64,000 nucleotides of DNA from an uncultured Gemmobacter sp. (lineage in GTDB: Bacteria; Pseudomonadota; Alphaproteobacteria; Rhodobacterales; Rhodobacteraceae). This document shows positions 44,413-52,582 of the stretch, one piece after another (the first letter of the stretch is position 1; each line of letters begins with the position of its first letter). The position numbers and the translations under genes are program-made. The stretch is taken from contig CAYYJB010000001.1 in assembly GCA_964472135.1 (NCBI GenBank), positions 67,944-131,943 of the forward strand. Reading direction: 5' to 3'. The notes under the pieces are model-generated. The model was not told where the DNA came from and searched no databases. It saw nothing but the letters and a program-made list of their open reading frames with translations.

Positions 44413-45825
44413 TCAGGGCAGGCCGAGTGCGACAGCCGATAGCGCCACGACGCGCGCCCCCCCGCTGAGGGCATCCGCCGTCGCGCGCGCGCCTTCGGCG
44501 TCCCCCGCACCTGCCTGCGCCCCCGCAACGGCGGCCATCGCCGCATCGCGTCCGTGCACCCCCTCGATTGCGGCGACGGCCGCGCGCGCCGCATCCACCG
44601 CCCCCGCCGCCGCCTCGAGCGTCGCGATGCGCGAAAGCACCTCTGTCCGTTCGCGCCTATAGGCGATGGCGGCTGCGGTTTGACGCGCGCTCGCGTGGTC
44701 GCCGGCCCCCGCCTGCGCGAGCGCGATCTGCGCCAGCGCCTCGACATGTGCGCCGCTGTCGCGGATCTCGGCGGCGATCCCGCGCGCCTGTTCGACCGCG
44801 CCTGCCTCCGCCAGCGCGCCCGCCACCGCGACCATGCCATCCGCCGCGCCATAGGCCCAGACGATCGCGCGCGCCGTCTCGATCCCTTCCGCGGGACGGC
44901 CGGCACGGACATGGGCGCGCGCGATCGCGACATAGACGCCCTGGTCGCCCGAGGCGATGTCGATTTCGGCCGCGGTCCGCTCGGCGCCCGCGATATCGCC
45001 GGCGTGCGCCTGCGCGAGGCCGACCGCGACCGTGGCGCGCGCCCGCCAACCCGGGTCGCGGATCGAGCGGGCGAGTGCCAGCGCCTCGGCCGTCTGCCCC
45101 GTCTCGGCCTGCACCGCCGCGATGCCCGCGAGGGCATCGAAGAACCACGTGTCCTCGACGATTGCCTCGGAAAAGCGATACGCATCGCGCGCGCGGGCCT
45201 CGGCGAGCCAACTCGCGCTCTCGATCCGGGCGGCGGTCGCGATCGCGCCGGCAACATCGCCGCCCCGCGCCTGCGCCTTGGCGATGGCCGCCTGCGCCTC
45301 GGCGCGGCGATAGAGATCCTCGATCGCGCCGGTCGTCCCGAACGCGCCCTCGATGTCGCCGGCCTGCAACTGCGCGATCGCGACAGCCTCGAAGGCCGCG
45401 TTCCGCGCCGATTGCTCGCGCGCGTCCTCGATCCCCGCGGCAAGCGCTTGCGCGCCCTCGATCTCGCCCGCCCGGGCCATCGCCGCCGCCACGAGCGCGA
45501 GCGCCTCGGCGCGCATGTAGTCGTCCGGGATCGCGCGGGCGTCTGCCACGGCGGCCCGGGTGTCGCCGAGCGCCGCGCGCGTGCTAGCGAGGGCGAAATA
45601 GGCGTCGGAGCGCTCGCGCGGGTGGAGAAGGGTTTGCGCCGTCTCGGCCGCCGCCCCGAGCAGCGCCGCCCGCAGCGCCTGCGCCGTGGCCCCGTCGGCC
45701 CCGAGTTGCGACGCCCAGCCGACCAGCCCGATACCGAGGATCGTTCGGCGCAGCCAGCGGCGCGCGCGCGTGTCCGTCACGATGTCCCTCTCGCTTGCGG
45801 CGTTTGCGCTGCCGCTTGGCGACAT
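44413..45825 (-). CDS. membrane-anchored Ala-rich helical-repeat protein (about 11 TPR/HEAT-like repeats of ~33 aa)
   Basis: N-terminal RRWLRRTILGIGLVGWASQL segment, then the repeated pattern I.D....A..A.A.AQA.AGD..GA..TA. GC3-rich codons. GTG 45780 with RBS GAGAGGGA is an alternative start. Confidence 0.65.
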   Translation of the reverse strand: MSPSGSANAASERDIVTDTRARRWLRRTILGIGLVGWASQLGADGATAQALRAALLGAAAETAQTLLHPRERSDAYFALASTRAALGDTRAAVADARAIPDDYMRAEALALVAAAMARAGEIEGAQALAAGIEDAREQSARNAAFEAVAIAQLQAGDIEGAFGTTGAIEDLYRRAEAQAAIAKAQARGGDVAGAIATAARIESASWLAEARARDAYRFSEAIVEDTWFFDALAGIAAVQAETGQTAEALALARSIRDPGWRARATVAVGLAQAHAGDIAGAERTAAEIDIASGDQGVYVAIARAHVRAGRPAEGIETARAIVWAYGAADGMVAVAGALAEAGAVEQARGIAAEIRDSGAHVEALAQIALAQAGAGDHASARQTAAAIAYRRERTEVLSRIATLEAAAGAVDAARAAVAAIEGVHGRDAAMAAVAGAQAGAGDAEGARATADALSGGARVVALSAVALGLP

Positions 45826-45866
45826 TTCTGCGCGCCCGCGCGTCAGGCCGCAAGAGGGTTCGTGCG

Positions 45867-46181
45867 TCAGCCCTCGACGGGTTTGAGGTGGCGCATCGCC
45901 ACCCAGCCCTCGCGCCCCTCGCGCGCGACCCGGCCCCAGGTGCTGTCGGCCGACACCTCGAGGATCATGACGTCGCGGGCATCGAACGCGATCCAGCCGA
46001 TCGCCTTGGCGAGCACATCGGGGCCCTCGCGCATCACCAGCATGTCATCGGAATGAAGCCCGACCACCATGAGGGGCCCGACCGGCGCGCCGGCGTTTGC
46101 CGTCTGAGCGTCCGCGCCGCCCTGCAGGGCGAGCGAAATCGCAAGGCAGAGGCAGGCGATGACGGGTGCGGTGCGGTTCAT
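45867..46181 (-). CDS. small secreted SH3b-like protein
   Basis: 104 aa. Signal peptide MNRTAPVIACLCLAISLALQGGADA. C-terminal WGRVAREGREGWVAMRHL is typical of bacterial SH3 domains. Confidence 0.55.
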   Translation of the reverse strand: MNRTAPVIACLCLAISLALQGGADAQTANAGAPVGPLMVVGLHSDDMLVMREGPDVLAKAIGWIAFDARDVMILEVSADSTWGRVAREGREGWVAMRHLKPVEG

Positions 46182-46222
46182 GCGCCCTGCCTAGCGCCGC
46201 CCGACCGCCGAGGCAAGAAAAA

Positions 46223-46250
46223 GGGCGCCCCCGCCGTGGCGGGGGCGCCC
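46223..46250 (-). terminator. rho-independent terminator of the binding-protein gene
   Basis: GGGCGCCCCCGCC / GGCGGGGGCGCCC inverted repeat, followed on the minus strand by TTTTTCTT. Lies 20 nt after the stop at 46270. Confidence 0.75.
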
Positions 46251-46269
46251 GGTTCGCGAACGGGCAGGA

Positions 46270-47319
46270 TCAGAAGCCCGCCTTGATCTTCTCGAACTCC
46301 TCGACCATGCGGTCGCGCATCGCGTTGTCGAGCGGCGTCTGCGTCAGGAGCGTGGTGTCGACGGGATCGACATCCGCCGCGACCAGTTCCTCGGTGGTGA
46401 TCCCCGCCATACCGGCCGCGTTCGCATGGGCATAGCCGAAGTCCGAAAGCAGCACGCGCGAGGAGCCCTGATCGAGGAAGGCGTTGACGAAGTCATAGAG
46501 CTTGTCCTCGGACCCCGGCGCGTCCTTCAGGTTGATGAGCCCGCAGAACCAGGTCGAGGCACCCTCGGCCGCCCGGCGCTGGAAGCCGACGTCGAAGCCC
46601 TCGGAGCGCATGATCGCGATCGCGTCGTTCCACGACCAGGCGACCTGCACCTCGCCCGTCGCCATCAGCTGGGCAAGCTCGGACGGGTCCGACCAGTAGA
46701 CGCGCACGTTCGCATGTGCCGTCCGCATCCAGGCGGCGGCGGCATCGAATTGCGCGTCGGTGATGTTCGTCCAGTCCGACACGCCCGTCGCGAGCAGCGC
46801 GAGCGCCCAGATATCGTCCGTGTTGTCGGGCAGCGAGATGCGGCCGGCATATTTCGGATCGTGGAACACCGCGAGCGTGGCGACATCGGCCTCGGGCACG
46901 TCGGCCGTGTTGTAGGCGACGGCGGTATAGGCGTAGTCGGTCGGCAGGTACCACACGCCCGCCTCATCCTTGAAGACCGAGGACTCGAGCATCCGCGCCT
47001 CGATGTTGGCGAATTCGGGGATCCGGCTCGTGTCCCAGGGCTCGATCAGACCCGCCTCGCGGTATTTCGGCACCATCGCCGAGCAGGGATGCGCGACATC
47101 GGCCTTGAAGCCCGAGGAGAGCTTCTGGAATGCCTCGTCATCGTCGGCGAAGAAGGCATAGGTCGGCATCTGGCCATGCTTGGCGGTGTAGGTCGCCATC
47201 AGGGCCTCGTTCTCCCAACCCGCCCAGTCGAAGACGATGAGGTCGGGGTCGGCGGCGAAGGCAGGCAGCGCGGCAGCGGCAAATGCGGCCGAAGTCAACA
47301 GACGCTTGAGAGCGGTCAT
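46270..47319 (-). CDS. orphan ABC-transporter substrate-binding protein (PotD/PotF-like)
   Basis: 349 aa. Signal MTALKRLLTSAAFAAAALPAFA. Extracellular solute-binding fold. No permease or ATPase gene is adjacent. Confidence 0.78.
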   Translation of the reverse strand: MTALKRLLTSAAFAAAALPAFAADPDLIVFDWAGWENEALMATYTAKHGQMPTYAFFADDDEAFQKLSSGFKADVAHPCSAMVPKYREAGLIEPWDTSRIPEFANIEARMLESSVFKDEAGVWYLPTDYAYTAVAYNTADVPEADVATLAVFHDPKYAGRISLPDNTDDIWALALLATGVSDWTNITDAQFDAAAAWMRTAHANVRVYWSDPSELAQLMATGEVQVAWSWNDAIAIMRSEGFDVGFQRRAAEGASTWFCGLINLKDAPGSEDKLYDFVNAFLDQGSSRVLLSDFGYAHANAAGMAGITTEELVAADVDPVDTTLLTQTPLDNAMRDRMVEEFEKIKAGF

Positions 47320-47366
47320 CCGAGGTCCTTTCTCTGTCCTTGTCGGTTGGTAGGGGCAAGCGCGCG

Positions 47367-47381
47367 GAACGATTCGCGTTC
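47367..47381. promoter_or_regulatory. inverted repeat GAACG-N5-CGTTC in the divergent intergenic region
   Basis: Perfect 5-bp arms. Overlaps a GGAAC-N15-TCTTA ECF-like motif. Lies about 100 nt upstream of the aminotransferase start. Confidence 0.3.
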
Positions 47382-47483
47382 GGGTTCTTAGCCCAAATCC
47401 CCGCCTTGAAAAGGGTCTCGGCGCGATTGCGCGCGCAGGTCGCAGCGCGTAATCGGGGTTCGTTCCATGCCAGAGGTCCGATC

Positions 47484-48719
47484 ATGCCCGCACTCGACGT
47501 CGAATTCGTCCGCAGCCATTTCCCGGCCTTCGCCGAACCCTCGCTTCAGGGCTGGGCGTTTTTCGAGAATGCGGGCGGCTCCTATCCGTGCCGGCAGGTG
47601 GTCGAGCGCCTCGCGCGCTTCTACACCGCACGCAAGGTGCAGCCATATGCGCCCTATCCCGCCGCGCAGGCGGGCGGGGCGGAGATGGACGAGGCGCGCG
47701 CCCGGCTTGCCGCCATGCTCGGGGTCGCGACGGATGAGGTCTCCTTCGGCCCCTCGACATCGGCCAACACCTTCGTGCTTGCCCAGGCGGTGCGCGAATG
47801 GCTGACGGCCGAGGGCGGGGCGGTCGTCGTCACCAACCAGGACCACGAGGCCAACACGGGCGTCTGGCGGCGGCTTGCGGCCGCCGGGATCGAGGTGCGC
47901 GAATGGCGCATCGACCCTCAGACGGGGCATCTCGACCCCGACGATCTCGCGCGGCTCCTGGCCGACGGGCGGGTGCGGCTTGTCTGCTTTCCGCATTGCT
48001 CGAACGTGGTCGCAGAGGTGAACCCGGTCGCGGGCATCTGCGCGATGGCGCGCGCCGCCGGTGCCGCGACCTGCGTCGATGGCGTGAGCTATGCGCCCCA
48101 CGGCTTTCCCGATGTCGGCGCGCTCGGGGCGGATGTCTATCTCTTCTCGGCCTACAAGACCTACGGGCCGCATCAGGGCATCATGACGATCCGCCGCGAC
48201 TTCGGCATGCGCCTGCCCGCGCAGGGGCATTTCTTCAATGCCGGCACGCTCTACAAGCGGTTCACCCCGGCCGGGCCGGACCACGCGCAGGTCGCGGCCT
48301 GCGCCGGCATGGCCGATTACGTCGACGCGCTGCACGCCCACCATTTCCCGGGTTCCGACGCCCCGCCCGCGGCGCGTGCGGCGGCCGTCCACGACCTGAT
48401 GCGCGCGCATGAGGTCGCGCTGACCGGGCCGCTGCTCGACTATCTCGGCGCGCGCAACGATCTGCGGCTGATCGGCCCGCGCTCGGCGGCAGGGCGCGCG
48501 CCCACGGTTGCCGTCGCACTCGACCGCCCGGCCGAACCCGTCGCGGCAGACCTCGCCGCCCACAGGATCATGGCGGGGGGCGGGGATTTCTATGCCGTCC
48601 GTCCCCTTGGCGCGATGGGGGTCGATCCCGAGGCGGGGGTGCTGCGGCTCAGTTTCGTCCACTACACCACCCGGGCCGAGGTTGACCGGCTGATCGCCGC
48701 GCTAGATCGCACGCTCTGA
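47484..48719 (+). CDS. class-V aminotransferase / cysteine-desulfurase-like PLP enzyme
   Basis: 411 aa from ATG 47484 (RBS AGAGG). PLP-lysine context FSAYKTYGP. Confidence 0.82.
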   Translation: MPALDVEFVRSHFPAFAEPSLQGWAFFENAGGSYPCRQVVERLARFYTARKVQPYAPYPAAQAGGAEMDEARARLAAMLGVATDEVSFGPSTSANTFVLAQAVREWLTAEGGAVVVTNQDHEANTGVWRRLAAAGIEVREWRIDPQTGHLDPDDLARLLADGRVRLVCFPHCSNVVAEVNPVAGICAMARAAGAATCVDGVSYAPHGFPDVGALGADVYLFSAYKTYGPHQGIMTIRRDFGMRLPAQGHFFNAGTLYKRFTPAGPDHAQVAACAGMADYVDALHAHHFPGSDAPPAARAAAVHDLMRAHEVALTGPLLDYLGARNDLRLIGPRSAAGRAPTVAVALDRPAEPVAADLAAHRIMAGGGDFYAVRPLGAMGVDPEAGVLRLSFVHYTTRAEVDRLIAALDRTL

Positions 48720-48735
48720 ATTCGGGGGGGCGGGC

Positions 48736-50178
48736 ATGACGGCCGAGGGCGCGATCATCTGGTGGGTGCGGCGCGATCTGCGGCTCGGCGACAACCCGGG
48801 GCTGGCCGATGTCGCGGCGCGCGGCCGGCCGGTGATCCCCGTCTTTGTTCTCGACCCCGAGACCGAGGCGATGGGGGCCGCGCCCCTCTGGCGGCTCGGC
48901 CTCGGGCTCGAGGCCTATGCCCGCGCGCTCGAGGCGATCGGCAGCCGGCTGATCCTGCGTCGGGGGCCCGCGCGCGAGGTGTTGCTCGCGCTTGCCGACG
49001 AGACCGGGGCGGCGGCGGTCGAATGGGGGCGTTTGCACGATCCGGCGACGATCCCGCGCGACAGCGCGGTGAAGGCCGCGCTGAAGGCCCGCGGGATCGC
49101 GGCGCGCAGCCATCTCGGCCACACGATCTTCGACCCCGCCGGGGTCGAGACGGGGCAGGGCGGGTTCTACCGCGTCTATTCGCCCTTCTGGCGGGCGGTC
49201 GCGAAGATGGGCGCGCCCGCCCCCGCGCCCCGCGTCGCATCCTTGCGCCCGCCCGCCGCCTGGCCCGCCTCGGAGGCGCTCGCCTCCTGGGCGATGGGGG
49301 CGCGGATGCGGCGGGGCGCGGCCATCGTCGCCCCCCATCTCGCGGTCGGCGAGGCGGCGGCGGCGCGGCGGCTGTCGGGTTTTCTCGACCGCGCCCTCAA
49401 GGGCTATCGGGCGGCGCGCGACTATCCGGCGCAGCCGTCGACCTCGCGGCTCTCTGAGAACCTCGCCTGGGGCGAGATCGGGCCGCGCGCGGTCTGGCAC
49501 GCCGCCGCCCGGCGGATCGAGGACGGCGAGGGGGACGAGCATTTCCTCAAGGAACTGGTCTGGCGCGAATTCGCCTGGCACCTCTTGCACCACACCCCCC
49601 ATATCGCCACCGCGAACTGGCGGCCCGAGTGGGACGACTTTCCCTGGCGCGGCGACAACCCCGAGGCCGAGGCCTGGCGGCGCGGCCTGACGGGGGTGCC
49701 CTTCGTCGATGCGGGCATGCGCGAGATGTATGTGACGGGCACGATGCACAACCGCACGCGGATGATCGTGGCCTCCTACCTCACCAAGCATCTGATGACG
49801 GACTGGCGCGTGGGGCTCCACTGGTTCGCCGATTGCCTTGTCGACTGGGATCCGGCCTCGAACGCGATGGGTTGGCAGTGGGTGGCTGGCTCGGGGCCCG
49901 ATGCCGCGCCCTATTTCCGCATCTTCAACCCCGAGGGGCAGGCCGAGCGATTCGATGCCGACCGCGCCTATGTCCGCCGCTTCGTGGCCGAACTGTCGCG
50001 CGAACCTGGGCCCGAGGCGCGCGCCTATTTCGATGCCGTCCCCCGTTCGTGGGGCCTCGACCCCGCCGCGCCCTATCCCGCGCCCGCGATCACGCTCGAG
50101 GCCGGGCGGGCGCGCGCGCTCGCGGCCTATGGCGCGCGCGGCGGACGCGAGGTCGACCCCGCCGCTTTGCAAGGCTGA
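48736..50178 (+). CDS. phr: deoxyribodipyrimidine photolyase (cryptochrome/photolyase family)
   Basis: 480 aa. Motifs WWVRRDLRLGDNP, WREFAWHL, TGVPFVDAGMREM, MHNRTRMIVASYL, GWQWVAGSG. Confidence 0.93.
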   Translation: MTAEGAIIWWVRRDLRLGDNPGLADVAARGRPVIPVFVLDPETEAMGAAPLWRLGLGLEAYARALEAIGSRLILRRGPAREVLLALADETGAAAVEWGRLHDPATIPRDSAVKAALKARGIAARSHLGHTIFDPAGVETGQGGFYRVYSPFWRAVAKMGAPAPAPRVASLRPPAAWPASEALASWAMGARMRRGAAIVAPHLAVGEAAAARRLSGFLDRALKGYRAARDYPAQPSTSRLSENLAWGEIGPRAVWHAAARRIEDGEGDEHFLKELVWREFAWHLLHHTPHIATANWRPEWDDFPWRGDNPEAEAWRRGLTGVPFVDAGMREMYVTGTMHNRTRMIVASYLTKHLMTDWRVGLHWFADCLVDWDPASNAMGWQWVAGSGPDAAPYFRIFNPEGQAERFDADRAYVRRFVAELSREPGPEARAYFDAVPRSWGLDPAAPYPAPAITLEAGRARALAAYGARGGREVDPAALQG

Positions 50179-50249
50179 ATGTGACATCCGGGGCTTGAGC
50201 GTGCGCGCCCGGACGCGCTAAGGTTTGCGACCTCTGGCGGAGCCCGTGC

Positions 50250-51461
50250 ATGACACCCTTGACGACGACCGACGGCGAAAAGGACCTGCCGCGCTATTTT
50301 CCCACCGTCTTCTCGCTCGTCCGGCGGGGCCTCGAACACGGCCGGCTCGATTTCGTGCTGCCTGACGGGCGCGTCTTCAGGGCCGAGGGGCGCCGGCCCG
50401 GATCGGTCGCCAGGGTCGAGATCGTGAACCCCGACACCTTCGCACGCCTCGTGCGCGACGGCGACCTCGGCTTTTGCGAGGCCTATCTCGACGGCTGGTG
50501 GACGACCCCCGACCTCATGGCCTTCATGGACCTTGTTCACGAACGCAACGAGGCGGTCTACGACGGCTTCCCGGGCGCGGGGCTCGTGCGCGCGTTCGAG
50601 CGGCTGCGCTTCTGGCTGCGGTCGAACACCAAGGCGGGGTCGAAGAAGAACATCGCCCACCACTATGATCTCGGAAACGATTTCTATCGTCTCTGGCTCG
50701 ACGACACGATGACCTATTCCTCGGCCCTCTTCACCACCGGGCAGGAATCGCTCGAGGCCGCGCAGCGCGCGAAATACGCCTCGATCGTCGACCGGATGGG
50801 CGCGCAACCGGGCGATCATGTGCTCGAGATCGGCTGCGGCTGGGGCGGGTTCGCCGAATACGCGGCCGCCGAGCGGGGCTTGCGCGTCACGGGTCTGACC
50901 ATCTCGCGCGCGCAGTACGAATTTGCGGTTGAGCGCCTCGCGCGCGCCGGCCTCTCGGACCGGGTGGAATTCCGCCTGCAGGATTACCGCGACGAGCGCG
51001 GGCAATATGACGGCATCGCCAGCATCGAGATGTTCGAGGCGGTCGGCGAGCGCTACTGGCCGACCTATTTCGAGGCCATCCGCGAGCGGCTGAAGCCCGG
51101 GCGCAATGCCGCGCTCCAGATCATCACGGTTGAGGATGCGCGCTTTGAGGTCTATCGCAAAAGCGTTGACTTCATTCAGAAATATATCTTCCCAGGCGGC
51201 ATGCTGCCGTCGCCCTCCGCGCTGCGCCGCGAGGTCGAGGCGGCGGGCCTGCGCCTGATCGGCTCGATCGAGTTCGCCGACAGCTACAGCCAGACCCTGC
51301 GCCGCTGGCACGACGTCTTCAACGCCCGCTGGGACGAGGTGCAGGGCCTTGGCTTCGACGACCGCTTTCGCCGCATGTGGAACCTTTACCTCGCGGCCTG
51401 CGCTGGGGCGTTCCGCGGCGGGCGCTGCGATGTCACGCAGGTGACGCTGACGCGCGCCTGA
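50250..51461 (+). CDS. cfa: cyclopropane-fatty-acyl-phospholipid synthase-family SAM-dependent lipid methyltransferase
   Basis: 403 aa. SAM motif VLEIGCGWGG. Also HYDLGNDFY and IFPGGMLPS. Confidence 0.9.
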   Translation: MTPLTTTDGEKDLPRYFPTVFSLVRRGLEHGRLDFVLPDGRVFRAEGRRPGSVARVEIVNPDTFARLVRDGDLGFCEAYLDGWWTTPDLMAFMDLVHERNEAVYDGFPGAGLVRAFERLRFWLRSNTKAGSKKNIAHHYDLGNDFYRLWLDDTMTYSSALFTTGQESLEAAQRAKYASIVDRMGAQPGDHVLEIGCGWGGFAEYAAAERGLRVTGLTISRAQYEFAVERLARAGLSDRVEFRLQDYRDERGQYDGIASIEMFEAVGERYWPTYFEAIRERLKPGRNAALQIITVEDARFEVYRKSVDFIQKYIFPGGMLPSPSALRREVEAAGLRLIGSIEFADSYSQTLRRWHDVFNARWDEVQGLGFDDRFRRMWNLYLAACAGAFRGGRCDVTQVTLTRA

Positions 51462-51550
51462 CGCCTTCGACCGCGCTTCCCCGCCCGCCCACGGGTTGAG
51501 TTCGCGCCGCCCCCGGCCTAGAAGGAAGCGTCCAGCCGAGGGATCATTCG

Positions 51551-52582
51551 ATGCGCCTTGCCCGCGATCTTGCCGACGCCGTCGGCCGCACCCCCCTGAT
51601 CCGCCTGCGCGCGGCGAGCGAGGCGACCGGCTGCGAGATCCTCGGCAAGGCGGAGTTCCTGAACCCCGGCCAGTCGGTCAAGGATCGCGCGGCCCTCTGG
51701 ATCATCCGCGACGCGGTGGCGCGCGGCGCGCTGCGCCCCGGCGGCACCATCGTCGAGGGCACGGCCGGCAACACCGGCATCGGGCTGGCGCTTGTGGGCG
51801 CGTCGATGGGCTTTCGCACCGTCATCGTCATCCCCGAGACGCAGAGCCAGGAAAAGAAGGACATGCTGCGGCTCGCGGGCGCCGAACTCGTCGAGGTGCC
51901 GGCCGCCCCCTATCGCAACCCCGACAACTATGTCCGCTATTCCGGCCGCCTTGCCGAGCGTCTGGCGCAGACCGAGCCCAACGGCGCGATCTGGGCCAAC
52001 CAGTTCGACAATGTCGCCAACCGCCAGGCCCATATCGACTCGACCGGCCCCGAGATCTGGGAGCAGACGGGCGGGCGCGTCGATGGCTTCGTCTGCGCCG
52101 TGGGCTCGGGCGGCACGATTGCGGGCGTCGCGATGGCGCTGCAACCCAAGGGCGTGCGGATCGGCCTTGCCGATCCCGAGGGCGCGGCGCTCTGCAGCTA
52201 TTACACGACGGGCGAGTTGAAGGCGGAGGGCTCCTCGATCACCGAGGGGATCGGGCAGGGGCGCATCACCGCCAACCTCGAGGGCTTCCGCCCCGACATG
52301 GCCTGGACCATCCCCGACAGCGAGGCGCTGCCCATCGTGTTCGATCTGCTCGCGCATGAGGGGCTCTGCCTCGGCGGGTCGTCGGGCATCAACATCGCGG
52401 GCGCCATGCGGATGGCGCGCGCGCTGGGCCCGGGGCACACGATCGTCACCATCCTGTGCGATTACGGCACGCGCTATCAGTCGAAGCTCTTCAACCCCGA
52501 GTTCCTGCGCGCGCGGAACCTGCCCGTGCCGGGCTGGCTCGACCGGCCGGCGCGGGCGCTGCCTGACGTGCGCGCCGGCTGA
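51551..52582 (+). CDS. cysK: cysteine synthase A / PLP-dependent beta-substituting enzyme (CysK/CBS-like)
   Basis: 343 aa. PLP lysine in SVKDRAAL. Also GTAGNTG and GSGGT. RBS GAGGGA. Confidence 0.88.
   Translation: MRLARDLADAVGRTPLIRLRAASEATGCEILGKAEFLNPGQSVKDRAALWIIRDAVARGALRPGGTIVEGTAGNTGIGLALVGASMGFRTVIVIPETQSQEKKDMLRLAGAELVEVPAAPYRNPDNYVRYSGRLAERLAQTEPNGAIWANQFDNVANRQAHIDSTGPEIWEQTGGRVDGFVCAVGSGGTIAGVAMALQPKGVRIGLADPEGAALCSYYTTGELKAEGSSITEGIGQGRITANLEGFRPDMAWTIPDSEALPIVFDLLAHEGLCLGGSSGINIAGAMRMARALGPGHTIVTILCDYGTRYQSKLFNPEFLRARNLPVPGWLDRPARALPDVRAG

Noticed and set aside
42186-45443. Maximal-ORF N-terminal extensions. Examples: 1085 aa for the NosR-like gene, 913 aa for CoxL-like, 865 aa for IorB-like, 558 aa for SoxYZ, 824 aa for the VOC gene, 514 aa for the SBP.
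   Set aside because: The extensions are Pro/Arg-rich, run across upstream genes, and homology begins at internal starts that have RBSs or ATGA coupling. All were trimmed to those starts.
50182-50224. ECF (RpoE-type) promoter upstream of the cfa-like gene (TGACATCC ... TAAGGT)
   Set aside because: The spacing between the two elements is 29 nt, far from the 16-18 nt required. The alternative TTGAGC-N18-TAAGGT is only weakly sigma-70-like. I cannot verify the true consensus from memory.
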